A stretch of 63,995 nucleotides of DNA, filler included, from Reticulomyxa filosa (GCA_000512085.1; 22 parts of 22 records of this genome joined end to end with filler, not necessarily neighbours in it), one strand, 5' to 3'. Numbered from the whole stretch's first letter, positions 1-12,275 are shown. Program-made: numbers and translations. Notes: generated by a model from the sequence alone, not told the origin.

Positions 1-199
1 ACTTGTTGAAGTGATCTCGAGATAATCTTGACGATTTTTCACGAAGATCATTAATGATGATAATATAGATTTATATTTTATTTTATTTTTTTTTAAAGTC
101 TGTATAGAAGATGTTACTTGCAGCTGATAAGACGCATTTCATCACATTCAGACATCAAAACAAAAGGGAATTCCCAAAGATGCAATTGGCATTGCAGCA

Positions 200-1305
200 C
201 TCAAACCTGAAGTAATGCGATTATGTAAAGTATCTTGATTCCCACAAGACTTATTCCAAGCATATTAATTACATCTATGGCATAGCATAGAGGAAACTTA
301 GATATTTAACATCCTATATTCATACAAAGATGTCAGACCAAGTTTATCTACGTATAATCTATAATATCATTCGTCATAGTCTCAAGTATGCATTGGCATT
401 TTGGAATGATGCAGCAGATATTCATAAGAGACAATTGAAAAGGATACAAAGAATTTCAATTCATCAAATTCTTGGTGTAATGAATCAGACACAGTTAATG
501 TTATTTCCAGCTTCCTCCTCTTGAATTACGACGAATCCCAATATTCCATATATGCAAATTGTAATGATGCCACAATCAAGTAATCACTATTTACGATCTT
601 CAATGAGCCAATATCAGATGAAATTTTATTATTGTTGGATCTTGACAATTCACGATATTTCCTGTTTAATTTGATGTAGGCGCAATCATTTGAAAAGACT
701 GTATTACATTCATTGATATTTAGTAAACGCAAGATTATTTGTCAGTTGATTCCCGGCAAAATCAGATTAAATGATTATTTGTATAACATCCAAAGATCAG
801 ATTCTACTAATCGTATTTGATGTGAAGAAGAAGATACTGTCAGATTTCCTGATGGAATGCTTGCGGTACAGTGAATTACGTTGCAATTGGTGGATAAATG
901 TCCAAGAATTGTCCCTGCCAATGAAACAATTCATCAGTGGTGATCTATCATGGAAACCAGATGTCATGATCAAAGTTTTGAAGCAGCCAAATTCGTAGTC
1001 GATACCAAGAGAAGGATTTGAATAACTGTCAAGCTTCAAGAAAATATCAATTTAAATTGAAATAACTTTATTGTTTTTCTTTCGATTATTTTTGCATGGA
1101 CCTTTTTGGTCGTTGTAAGATTTTATGTGTCTTTCTTTTGTTTTGTGTTTCTTTTTTGAGTACTGTGTTCTATTTCTTAGAATGAGGTGCTCTTGTAACT
1201 AGAAAGACCTGAGTTTGTGCAAGTAGATATGGAAAAAAGAAGTAATTAAGCGAGAGAATAGCCAACACTTGACACGCCCCCACTGCAACCCATCTAAAAA
1301 AAAAA
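200..1305 (+). mobile_element. Degenerate 3' end of a non-LTR retrotransposon (RT thumb, C-terminal zinc knuckle, 3' UTR, poly-A)
   Basis: Broken frames read YVKYL-DSHKTYSKHINYI..RKLRYL and YNIIRHSLKYALAFWN..LKRIQRISIHQILG (post-RT region). Further on: LNDYLYNIQRSDS..CEEEDTV..FLMECLRYSELR (CCHC knuckle remnant). A10 tail at 1296-1305. Multiple stops and frameshifts. Confidence 0.7.
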
Positions 1306-2208
1306 GTTACAAACAATACTTCAGCCATCGATAGACTTTAAATCTTTTAATAAAAAGCCAAAATGTAGATATTTTTTTAAAAAATAGTGTTATTTTTCCA
1401 TGTAGAAAATCAATCATCTCTATAATGTGCCGTTTTATGTGTCAACTTTATTTTGCATTCTACTATAGCGAATCACAAAAAAAACTGTCATATCTAAATG
1501 GCACTGTAGTTTTAAAAAATCAGATCGTATTTTTGAATTTTTTTTGAAATTTAAATCTTTGCTTTGAAATTTCATTCGATGTAAATTTTTTTGAATTAAT
1601 TTATGTTTTACATAATTGACGTGCTTGAATCAACTGTTATTTTTGTAATCTAAATAAAGATACACTATTTAGCGTGTCATTTTTTAATATTTTTTATAAT
1701 TGCTTTCATTATTTATCTTGCAATCATGCCTGATATATTTTAAACCAAAGCAAGCTCAAATCGTGATATTGCATTTACCGAAACTGGTCTTTTGATTTGG
1801 TTCATTCATTTTCAAAAGTATTTATTTAATTTCTAAAAAAATATCCTTTTAAAATATTCTACAATGTGATGTTTAAACCTGTTTTTAATTTCAAAACCGT
1901 ATTAATATAGTTATCTTCCAATTTGGCTTTTGAAATAGTTTAATTGAACAAAAAGCTAAATTTTAAAATGACAACGAAAAACAAAAAAATATTTTTGCTG
2001 TTGGGAAAATACTATCCCCAAACACGAATTTGACCTCCAGCTGAACCGTAATACAAATTAATATCATAAAATTGCTTATTGTATTCTTTTTTAATGAAAT
2101 GAATTTAAGAGAATATATTCCATTTTCCTTTCCTTCAGCATCAACTTTGATCAAATATAATTCTTCTTATTTGATCGAATATCACAAAATCGAATTGTAT
2201 TATCATTT

Positions 2209-2308
2209 NNNNNNNNNNNNNNNNNNNNNNNNNNNNNNNNNNNNNNNNNNNNTTAATTAATTAANNNNNNNNNNNNNNNNNNNNNNNNNNNNNNNNNNNN
2301 NNNNNNNN
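2209..2308. other. Artificial contig-joining spacer, first of 21 (others start near 4062, 6084, 8120, 9567, 11447, 19105, 31343, 33207, 35333, 37966, 42194, 45291, 47205, 49861, 51211, 54186, 55894, 58985, 61640, 62837)
   Basis: Identical ~100-nt N-TTAATTAATTAA-N blocks with stops in all six frames; base composition changes abruptly across them. Confidence 0.98.
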
Positions 2309-2387
2309 TCGGACTCTAAAGCGTAGTGCTACTGAGACTGGGGGAACGTCGCAGGCATCAGAAAGCGCAGAAGCGACGCCAATTCAT

Positions 2388-2419
2388 GTAGCCCGGCATA
2401 AGCCGCAGGCGCATCCGGG
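2388..2419 (+). repeat. GTAG-family REP-like palindrome
   Basis: GTAGCCCGGCATAAGCCGCAGGCGCATCCGGG: GTAG foot plus an imperfect GC palindrome resembling enterobacterial REP. Confidence 0.5.
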
Positions 2420-2543
2420 GGCCGGCCGCAGGCCGGCATGGGGTGGAGGGCGACGTGGCCGAGTTTGGCCGCAAGGGGGATATCAGGAGAACATCGCACG
2501 CGTCGGTGGGTACGACATCGAGGCTTTCGCCGCCCCAATGCAC

Positions 2544-2571
2544 AAAGCCCAGCTCGTTTGAGCTGGGCTTT
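2544..2571 (-). terminator. Intrinsic terminator of the rRNA operon
   Basis: Perfect 12-bp stem AAAGCCCAGCTC/GAGCTGGGCTTT with a 4-nt loop just downstream of 5S. Confidence 0.8.
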
Positions 2572-2582
2572 GACTTAAGGGA

Positions 2583-2698
2583 GTCTGGCGGTGTCCTACT
2601 TTCACACGGGAATCCCGCACTATCATCGGCGCTGAGGCGTTTCACGGTCCTGTTCGGAATGGGAAGGCGTGGGACCACCTCGCTATGGCCACCAGACA
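2583..2698 (-). rRNA. rrf: Bacterial 5S rRNA
   Basis: Reverse complement reads TGTCTGGTGGCCATAGCGAGGTGGTCCCACGCC...CCGAACAG...GCGCCGATGATAGTG...GAAAGTAGG...CCGCCAGAC, with paired ends. Confidence 0.97.
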
Positions 2699-2801
2699 TA
2701 AACTGTACAAACTTTAGAAGCCATCACCAGTAAGTTTACTTACTGGCCGGTAGAATCTTGTATCTCGCTCTCGCTACACGTCGCACAAAGCGACTCAAAT
2801 G

Positions 2802-3140
2802 ATAGGATCAAGCCTCACGAGCAATTAGTATCGGTTAGCTTAACGCCTCACAGCGCTTCCACACCCGACCTATCAACGTCCTGGTCTCGAACGACTCTTC
2901 AGGGAGGTCAAGCCTCCAGGGAAGTCTCATCTTCAGGCAAGTTTCCCGCTTAGATGCTTTCAGCGGTTATCTCTTCCGAACTTAGCTACCCGGCGATGCG
3001 ACTGGCGTCACAACCGGTACACCAGAGGTTCGTCCACTCCGGTCCTCTCGTACTAGGAGCAGCCCCCGTCAAACTTCCAACGCCCACTGCAGATAGGGAC
3101 CAAACTGTCTCACGACGTTTTGAACCCAGCTCACGTACCA

Positions 3141-3173
<33 letters not shown>

Positions 3174-3178
3174 GGCTA

Positions 3179-3228
<50 letters not shown>

Positions 3229-3247
3229 ATGTGAACTCTTGGGCGGA

Positions 3248-3303
<56 letters not shown>

Positions 3304-3335
3304 AGAACCACCGGATCACTATGTCCTGCTTTCGC

Positions 3336-3368
<33 letters not shown>

Positions 3369-3438
3369 ACCTTTTGCCATTGCACTATCAGCACGATTTC
3401 CGACCGTACCTAGGTAACCTTCGAACTCCTCCGTTACA

Positions 3439-3470
<32 letters not shown>

Positions 3471-3737
3471 TACCATGCACTGTCCCCGATCCGGATCACG
3501 GACCAAGGTTAGAACCTCAAACACACCAGGGTGGTATTTCAAGGACGGCTCCATACGAACTAGCGTCCGTACTTCATAGCCTCCCACCTATCCTACACAA
3601 GTCTGTTCAAAGTCCAATGCAAAGCTACAGTAAAGGTTCACGGGGTCTTTCCGTCTAGCAGCGGGTAGATTGCATCTTCACAAACATTTCAACTTCGCTG
3701 AGTCTCAGGAGGAGACAGTGTGGCCATCGTTACGCCA

Positions 3738-3811
<74 letters not shown>

Positions 3812-4061
3812 TGGGACTTCAATCAAGAGCTTGCACCCCATCATTTAATCTTCCAGCACCGGGCAGGCGTCACTCCGTATACGTCCACTTTCGTGTTGGC
3901 ACAGAGCTGTGTTTTTGTTAAACAGTCGCAGCCACCTATTCTCTGCGACCTCTATCAGCTTCGGACGCGAAGTCCTACACCGACAGAGGCACACCTTCTC
4001 CCGAAGTTACGGTGTCAATTTGCCGAGTTCCTTCTCCTGAGTTCTCTCAAGCGCCTTAGAA
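2802..4061 (-). rRNA. rrl: Bacterial 23S rRNA, 3' portion (betaproteobacterial, probably Neisseriales/Chromobacteriaceae-like)
   Basis: Universal 23S motifs as + strand complements: GAGCCGACATCGAGGTGCCAAAC, CTCTCGTACTAG (sarcin-ricin loop), ACCCGACAAGGAATTTCGCTACC. Truncated by the spacer. Confidence 0.98.
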
Positions 4062-4161
4062 NNNNNNNNNNNNNNNNNNNNNNNNNNNNNNNNNNNNNNN
4101 NNNNNTTAATTAATTAANNNNNNNNNNNNNNNNNNNNNNNNNNNNNNNNNNNNNNNNNNNN

Positions 4162-4430
4162 TCGTCGGTGCCCAGCAGGAACTGAGCGCTACCGCCGGCT
4201 ACCCACGCCGGCGGCGTCAGCAGGTGGTCGCGGTACTGTTCCAGCGGGTCGTGCGGGGAGATCAGCGGCGCAAACAGCGCACAGAAGATCACGATGCTCA
4301 TGAACACCAGCCCGGCTACCGCACCCTTGTTCTGGCGGAAGCTCAGCCAGAACTCTTTCAGCGGGGACGGATAGCTCAGCGCCGGATCCTCGTTGGCCGC
4401 CACTTGCGGCGAAACATTCACATTAGCCAT
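4162..4430 (-). CDS. dppC: Dipeptide ABC transporter permease DppC, N-terminal part
   Basis: PSPLKEFWLSFRQNKGAVAGL...APLISPHDPLEQ..LTPPAW..GG...LLGTD; follows dppB. Confidence 0.92.
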
Positions 4431-4442
4431 AGTGCTACCTGC

Positions 4443-5469
4443 TTATTTGGCGTGACGGATACGCGGGTTGGCGATGCCGTACAGGATGTCGACGATGAAG
4501 TTGGTGAGGATCACCAGCGTAGCCACGATCAGGATGCCGTTCTGCACCACCGGGTAATCGCGGCGGCCGATGGCCTCGATCAGCCACTTGCCGATACCGG
4601 GCCACGAGAAGATGGTTTCGGTCAGCACCGCGCCACCCATCAGCGTGCCCACCTGCAGGCCGATCACGGTCAGCACCGGAATCAGCGCGTTGCGCAGGGT
4701 GTGGATGAAGATCACGCGTGCCGGCGACAGGCCTTTGGCGCGGGCGGTACGGACGTAGTCTTCGCGCAGCACTTCCAGCATCGACGAACGCGTCATCCGT
4801 GCGATGGTGGCCAGCGGGATGGTACCCAGCACCACGGTCGGCAGGATCAGGTGCATCACCGCGTCCTTGAAGGCACCGGCGTTGATGTCCGGGTCTGCCA
4901 CCTGGGCACGCCAGGCGTCAATCAGCATGAAGCCGGTTTGCGGCGCCACGTCAAAAGCCAGGTCGATACGGCCGGATACCGGCGTCCAGCCCAGGTACAC
5001 CGAGAAGAACATCACCGCCAGCAGGCCCACACGAAATGGGCATCGAGAAGCCGGTGAGCGACAAGCCCATCACGCCGTGGTCGAAGATGGAGCCGCGCTT
5101 GATGGCGGCAATCACCCCGGCCAGCAGCCCGAACACAGTGGCGAACACCAGCGCGCACAGCGCCAGCTCCAGCGTGGCCGGGAACAGGGTGGTGAATTCG
5201 GTCCATACGCTTTCCTGGGTCTTGAGCGAGGCGCCCAGGTCACCGTGGAACAGCTTGGTCAGGTAATCGAAGTACTGCACGTACAGCGGCTGGTCCAGGC
5301 CCAGTCGCTTCATGGCGGCAGCGTGCATGACCGGGTCCAGCGAGCGTTCGCCCACCATGACCTCGATGGGGTCGCCAGGAATCATGCGGATCAGTGCGAA
5401 CGTAATCAGCGTAATGCCGAAGAAGGTGGGGACGAGTACACCCAGCCTGCGCAGAATGAAGGAAAACAT
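4443..5469 (-). CDS. dppB: Dipeptide ABC transporter permease DppB (frameshift near 5030)
   Basis: MFSFILRRLGVLVPTFFGITLITFALIRMIPGDP; EAA motif RSSMLEVLREDYVRTARAKGL; ends NPRIRHAK. Split into two ORFs at SMPI. Confidence 0.93.
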
Positions 5470-5740
5470 GTTGAATGAGTCTCCCGTGCACGCCCTTGTG
5501 GGGCATGACGTGTACAGCCAGAAACGCAGACAAACGGGGGAAATGCGACAACAGCAGAAGGGGAAGCGAGGGGTGCCGGGCAGCTTGCAACTGAACCACC
5601 CACCTATACCAGCAACAAGGCCGCCACGGCAGAACGCACTTTACGCGCCCCAGCCCTGCCCTGCCTTGATACAGATCAACCCGTCCTACCGCCAGCTATC
5701 GATAAATTCCCGTTTGCATAAACGGCCAGCCAGTGAGCAA

Positions 5741-5764
5741 ACAAGGAGGCCGAAGCCTCCTTGT
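5741..5764 (-). terminator. Hairpin downstream of dppA (partial terminator or mRNA stabiliser)
   Basis: ACAAGGAGGC-TTCG-GCCTCCTTGT followed by TTG on the - strand, between dppA and dppB. Confidence 0.65.
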
Positions 5765-5797
5765 CCCAACAGGGGGCCGTAGCCCCGTGCTACCAGC

Positions 5798-6083
5798 TTA
5801 CTTAACGCTCACACCAGTGAAGGCGTAATCGCCGAACGGGCTGATCTTGAAGCCGTTCACTTCTTTGCGCATCGGCTGGTTCACAGTCGAGTGGGCAATC
5901 GTGGACCACGGCAGATCTTTCTTGAAGGTTTCCTGGGCTTTCTGGTACAGCGCAGTACGCTCTTTCACGTCGGTGCTCTTACGGGCTTTCAGTACCGCAG
6001 CGTCGAAGTCCTTGCTGCAGTAGCGCGCGTAGTTGGAACCGCCGATGGCTTCGCAAGTCAGCAGCACGCCCAGGAAGTTATCC
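5798..6083 (-). CDS. dppA: Dipeptide-binding periplasmic protein DppA, C-terminal part
   Basis: NFLGVLLTCEAIGGSNYARYC...ERTALYQKAQ...PWSTIAHS...GFKISPFG. Confidence 0.9.
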
Positions 6084-6564
6084 NNNNNNNNNNNNNNNNN
6101 NNNNNNNNNNNNNNNNNNNNNNNNNNNTTAATTAATTAANNNNNNNNNNNNNNNNNNNNNNNNNNNNNNNNNNNNNNNNNNNNTTTTTTTTTTTTATGCT
6201 GTTTTAACAAAAAAAATATATACATATATAAAAAGAGTCGGAAAAAATGATCAAAAATAGATTTAAAAATCTACAATAAAAACGCTTGATTATAAAATCG
6301 GACTGGTCCATCATTTTCACAAAAGATAAGCAAAGGTCGGTGACTTTTGAAGTGTATTAAAATTGAGATTAAAAAAGTTAAGCTTATATGCAGACGATGG
6401 AGCGGATATTTTTGTCAAGGGTTTGAACAAAAAACGAATTACAAGTTAATTAATCAAAATATTGTTGAGAAAAAAAAGCTTTGTGTTACAAATTAATTTG
6501 GGATTTTAATTAATAAATAAAAAAAAGGAATAAATAACCAAGACCAATATATATATATAAACCA

Positions 6565-8119
6565 TTAAGAATCCGACGCTAAACGTAAGACCCTATGGCC
6601 TGGACCGTTGGACTCAGTATCATTTCGTGGCTCACTGGAAAACGAGACATTCAACCTCCTTTCGTTTCCGTCATTGAAATTGAGCTTGGAGTATTTGGAT
6701 CCATAAAAGATGTAAATGGAAAGACCAACGAAAAACCAAGCAACAACCCGAGCGAACGAATCCCACTTTAATGAGGCAATCATGTACGAGTTGGTGAAAA
6801 TGCCCAAAGCAGGGATGAAAGGACACCAAGGACATAAGAAGATATTATCACCAAGAAAAGGGGCAGCGCAAGTGCAATGAATATACACAAAATAAGAAAA
6901 TAAGAGAAGAGCAATAACACAAGAGCAATAATAACAAAGAGATCGGGGAATTGAAAATCGAGTTGGTCCAAAGCAAAGCCAAGGCCAATACAAGTGAATG
7001 CATATAAGACGACAGCCCACACCAAAGTGGGATTGGTAGTCACAACCTGTTGCGTCAGCTGCTTCACGTGTAAAGGATAGCGCAGAACAATGACCCCACT
7101 GCAGATTAAGATATACGCCATGAGCGTGCCAACAGATATCATTTCTGCCAGCAAGCTAAAATTGATAAAGATACCAATCAAGGCAGCAATGACCCCGGAC
7201 AGCAATGATCCATATACCAATGTGTGAAATCGTTTGTTGACGCGTCCAAATAGTTCAAAGAACAGACCATCTTTGGCCATGCGATAAAAGATCCTCGGCT
7301 GTCCGAGCAACGCCGTAAGCGTAGTTGCACACGTGGTCGTCAGGGCCCCAAACGATACAATCGCTGCAATGGTATTTTGGTTATGAGACTTGAACGCATC
7401 CGCTAATGGCGAGCTCTGGTCCAATGCCGTGAATGGTACCATCCCCAGCAGCACTAGCGACACTCCAACGTATAAACACGTTGCAATAACTAATGTGCCT
7501 AGTATGCCCAATGCCATGTTTCGTCGGACGTTCTTCGTCTCTTCTGCTAGACAGCTGACGGCATCAAAACCCACATAACTGAAAAATACTATCCCTGCAC
7601 CGCGGACCACACCTCGAAATCCTTGTGGGAAAAATGCATTGTGCTGGTCACTGCTGCAACTCGACCCATACTTGGTGTTCGAACATGGATGGAACCAGTT
7701 CTCTGTGTCCACGTAAAAACTACCTGCTATTGTATAAAATAATATCAGCAGTATATTCCAAAATGTCACAAAGTTTGTAAATGTCGCCGATTCACGAATA
7801 CCTTTAATCAACAATCCTGTGCAACACATTATCAAAAATCCGGCCATTAGGTTTATCGTAAAGTAATTGTTCAGGTTATGTCCGAACAATATCGACGGCA
7901 AATACTTATCGGACACACCACAGCTGGACAAAAATATTTGCAGATAACTGGACCAACCTTTTTTTTTTTTTTTGCATTATTGCCCACAAAAACAAATAAT
8001 AACAATTATTATAATTTTTTTGAAATTTCTTTGGAATTTTCTTCAGAATTTTCCTCAATATATATTTTTATACTTTTCACCTTGAGCAACTGCTGCTGCG
8101 CTGATTCCGTATTCCAATG
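6565..8119 (-). CDS. APC-family cationic amino-acid permease (5'-partial; intron 7958-8080; frameshift ~6850)
   Basis: LEYGISAAAVAQ|GWSSY, GIRESA, FFSYVGFDAVSCLAEETKN, QPRIFYRMAKDGL, ISVGTLMAY and C-terminal FLCPWCPFIPALGIFTN. Confidence 0.9.
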
Positions 8120-8259
8120 NNNNNNNNNNNNNNNNNNNNNNNNNNNNNNNNNNNNNNNNNNNNTTAATTAATTAANNNNNNNNNNNNNNNNNNNNNNNNN
8201 NNNNNNNNNNNNNNNNNNNAAAAAAAAAAAAAAACAATCAGTCAAATTGAACACAAAAC

Positions 8260-8850
8260 AAAGTATACACACTGCACTTGTGGTTGTCTTCCACGTACAT
8301 TGTCTCGCATGTCTGGAAGTCCATTGCTCTCATTCATCAGATTTCCTTGACTGCTGCTATATCCTCGTCCTTTTTTTAAAAAATAAAAAAATAATGAAAT
8401 AATAAAATGAGTAGATTGAAACGATATAACCATAAATGAAATGACACACCTCGAAATGAATGGAGAGTGGAATTGGAATGATGGACATCATCATTGGCAT
8501 TGGAGTTATTGGCAGAGGCATTGTCGATGAAATTGTCATTTGGGTCGCCACTCACATTTGTATTATTGCCATTGCTGTTATAAACATCATTGTTATTGTT
8601 ATTGTTATTACTGTTAATAGAGTTCCTATCATTGGCATCGACAGTATTTTGTAAGGTTCTTGGATGAGCATTTGCATTATTTTCAATTCCACCGGCGTTG
8701 CTACTGTTTGCATTTGCGCCATAATTCACACTTCGGCTTTGATTGCCTGCATTGTTGTATCCAATGCCAATACTGCCATCACTACTGTTCCTTGTGTTCC
8801 CCAAATTACGCGGATGTCCACGACCTCTGTGCCAACTCTGTTGCAAATAT
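8260..8850 (-). CDS. Internal exons of an Asn-rich low-complexity protein
   Basis: QSWHRGRGHPRN...NNNNNNN in an open reading flanked by AT-rich introns; no domain recognised. Confidence 0.45.
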
Positions 8851-9717
8851 ATTTTCATATTCATACGTACTTTTTTTTTTTCCCTCCCTCTCTCTCTTCC
8901 CCTCCCCCCTTCACTCCACTCCAATCTTATTGAAAAAAGGAGTGATGGGACAACAGTCCCTTGCGCAAATTCGGTTTGTTCTTTTCCCCTCTTTCTTCTT
9001 TCCCCCCCTTGCTCACTTCCAAAAAAATCCAATGAAAGAAAAAAAAAAGTACATTTTTTCCACGCATTGATGCACCCCCCTCTTTTTGTTGGTTTCATTA
9101 GACTTGTGTCATATCATTATTTGTACAATGTAGATCGATGAGAGAGAGGGAATCGAGGATATTCAATCGATCATTGAATTACCATTTACACACCACAAAC
9201 AAATTCAAGTCTTTTTCAAATGAATTGGACAGACAAGTTTTTCTTTTTTCTTTTTTCAATAAATCGATCAAAGATTTATAAACAACTCTATTGTTCGTCT
9301 TTGTTGTGTTCATACTCAAGCAAAATGTATACAAATGTAGAAGCGAACTTTTTTAAATTTGATTGCTTTACAAGTTTCTACGCCTGACCAACTGTTTCAA
9401 ACTGGGAGTGTAAACACAAAAAAATAAAACGTTTCAACACTTTGTTCGGGTTCCAAATGTTGTGCTGATAGAGTTAACTTTTAGTACTTAGACAAAAGCC
9501 CAATGCAAGTAAATTATTTCACAAACGAGACTTTTTTTACGACTGTTCAACACGTCGAGGACTATTNNNNNNNNNNNNNNNNNNNNNNNNNNNNNNNNNN
9601 NNNNNNNNNNTTAATTAATTAANNNNNNNNNNNNNNNNNNNNNNNNNNNNNNNNNNNNNNNNNNNNATAAATATATAAATATATAAATACGTTTATATAT
9701 TTATATATGAATACAGG

Positions 9718-11107
9718 CACGCAATAAACGTGGCAGCACAGATGCCGCACGGGCAACAAGGAATATGGATGCAATAACCAAGGCCTTCTATGAGATCAAT
9801 ACAAACAGGTCTGGATTGATCACCTTGGAACAATTGGAAATCGCATTTGCGAAGCAAAAAATTAAAGTGTATGGAGGTGCTCGGGCCGTGTTTCAGCGTA
9901 TTGCCAAAGGAAAAGAGGGTATTTCTTTGGCTGACTTCAATAGCGTGTTTAGCACTGCGGTTTACAAAACGCGCATGGCAGCACCAACTACAAAGGAAAT
10001 TTTGGAACAAGCGCAATTGTTACAGTTTCAAGTTGGAATATTTGTAATTTATACATTGTTCTTTTTTGAGTTGTGTTGTGTATTCACTTTGTTTGTGTGA
10101 ATACGTTGCTACTATTTGTCAACGAATCAGAGGACCAATCGCATGAAAGACCTCCCCGATCTTGGCAAGAAATCATCTATACCACACACGGCAAGTAAAG
10201 AAAAACTCGCGATCCAAGCGTCGCAAAATGCAAGCGACTCGCATCAGCGAGCGCCAACTCTGACAATAAAAGAAGTGATCCAAGATAAAGCTGTCAATTA
10301 CAAAGGAGACACTACTACGCAATCCGTTGATACGAAATCACAATTTGACAATAGTCACGAAGGTAACGAACACATATTTGTTTATTTATTTTTTAAATCA
10401 ATTTATCTGTGCTATTGATTTTGCAATTCGTTCATTTGTCTGAGTTGTTGTTATTGTTGTTGTTATTATTGTTTTAATGCAGTATTGACAACTGACAAAC
10501 AAGAAAGTGATAACGGTGGCAATGCCAGTACCAAGGAACGTTCAGACATCCCGAAGAAGCAAGAGAAAAAACCAGAAAATGAAAATGAAAATGAAAATGA
10601 AAACGAAAACGAAAACGAAAACGAAAATGAAAAGAAAGGCAATGTACATTATAAAAGCATCACGGTGTCACATATGCGTAGCAATTCGGATGAGTATGCG
10701 TCATCGGAACTGTCGAAATTGCTGGGCTCCGATATTACAGAACGTCCACGGTCAAGCGTCGCAGGGAATATTCAACGGGACGACAGTGAGGCAAGTAACG
10801 TGTGGGGTACGATAGTAACAGTGATGAGCACGGCAACGACGATGACGACGATGACGATGATGATGATGGCAATTTAATGATAATCAAGCCCATTCCAGAT
10901 GTCGCCCTTGAAACAGATGAGTTTTTGGACGGAATGAAGTCTCCACAAGCAAAGGCAGAGATAACATTTCGCGAAGTGTGGGGCTACATTCACTCGTGCT
11001 ATATCCAAGAGATAGCGCAGATTGCTTGGCCGTCGTGTCTTCCTGAAGATATATCACATATTCGAATGGTTGTATCATTTGGACATGAAATAATCTTTGA
11101 AGTCTGA
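9718..11107 (+). CDS. Multi-exon protein with an EF-hand-like pair and acidic low-complexity region (5'-partial)
   Basis: AFYEINTNRSGLITLEQL..VFQRIAKGKEGISLADF; (EN)n at ~10576-10630; poly-Asp; introns near 10031-10110 and 10362-10482; frame slip near 10800. Confidence 0.55.
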
Positions 11108-12059
11108 AAATATACTATTGGAATATCCTTTTAATATCTAAATTTGTTTTCCAGTTAGTACATCTCGTAATTGAATTATATTAACATATTTTCGGTCTTT
11201 TTCATTTGTGTCATTATAAATTGTCATTGCTATTATCTTGCATGCCTCCATTGCATTTCATTTTTCCTGTTTTATTGTGTTTTAAAGCATATGCATAAAA
11301 TTTTCCTTTTTTTAAAAAAAAAGCGATGAAAAAAATTGCAAAGCAAAACTGGTTATTGTGGTAATGAGTCGACAAATGCACTAAAGATATATACAAACAA
11401 TTCTGCGAGATAAATGAGTAGAATCGTCTGAAAAGTTTAAAAAGGANNNNNNNNNNNNNNNNNNNNNNNNNNNNNNNNNNNNNNNNNNNNTTAATTAATT
11501 AANNNNNNNNNNNNNNNNNNNNNNNNNNNNNNNNNNNNNNNNNNNNAAAAAATTAACTGTAAAATCAAAACCAAAGTCTGGAAGTACTGTCATTGGAATA
11601 ATCTTTTCTATCGACATCTTTCAGTTAACATGTTCGCAATGCACATCAAATAAGTCGAGAAAAAAAAATTATCTTCGCTTCTGAGAAGAACGTCACGTAA
11701 AGATTAACAAAACTGAGAACAGCAAAAACAGCAACTTCTCTACACAAGCCAACGATTTGGATTTAGGTACGTTACGTTTTCATCTATAATCTCCATATCC
11801 TTAATTTTCACTCTTGCTTCCCCCTTTTTATTTCCGTTCCTTTAGTTTTTTCTCTTGGGCCGGCTTTTTGATTGCTTTTTTCATAATGCAAGTAGTGGTT
11901 TTAACTTAAGACATTAAATTTCAATTATAAAAAAAGACGTTTGCACAAAGGGTTTTTTTTTTTACAATTGTGACGTTATAAACTTGGAAATGAGTGAATA
12001 TTTGTTTTGTACACATCATTTATTGCAATATTTTGAACGGAATAACACCTTACAGCTGG

Positions 12060-12275
12060 ATATGCTATGTATAAGCATCTTAGCAGTGTTCGTTCGGCTA
12101 TGTGTAGGAATCAGTAGACACAGCGGAATGTACAAGCCTCCAATGTATGGAGACTTTGAATCACAACGACATTGGATGAAAATAACAGTGAATTTGCCAA
12201 TAACGAGTGGTAAAAAAAATTCAAGTGCCAATGATTTAATATACTGGGGGCTGAACTATCCACCATTGATTCCCT
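12060..12275 (+). pseudogene. ALG6: ALG6 glucosyltransferase N-terminal fragment
   Basis: HSGMYKPPMYGDFESQRHWMKITVNLP...NDLIYWGLNYPPL matches the ALG6 signature (PPMFGDYEAQRHW..YWGLDYPPL), then breaks off. Confidence 0.8.

Noticed and set aside
2329-4117. ORFs of 69-234 aa over the rRNA contig
   Set aside because: Shadow ORFs on 23S/5S rRNA.
4224-5782. Long + strand ORFs opposite dppBC
   Set aside because: Antisense shadows caused by high GC.
4162-8119. dpp operon beside an amino-acid permease as a functional cluster or HGT island
   Set aside because: Different contigs and different organisms, separated by a spacer.
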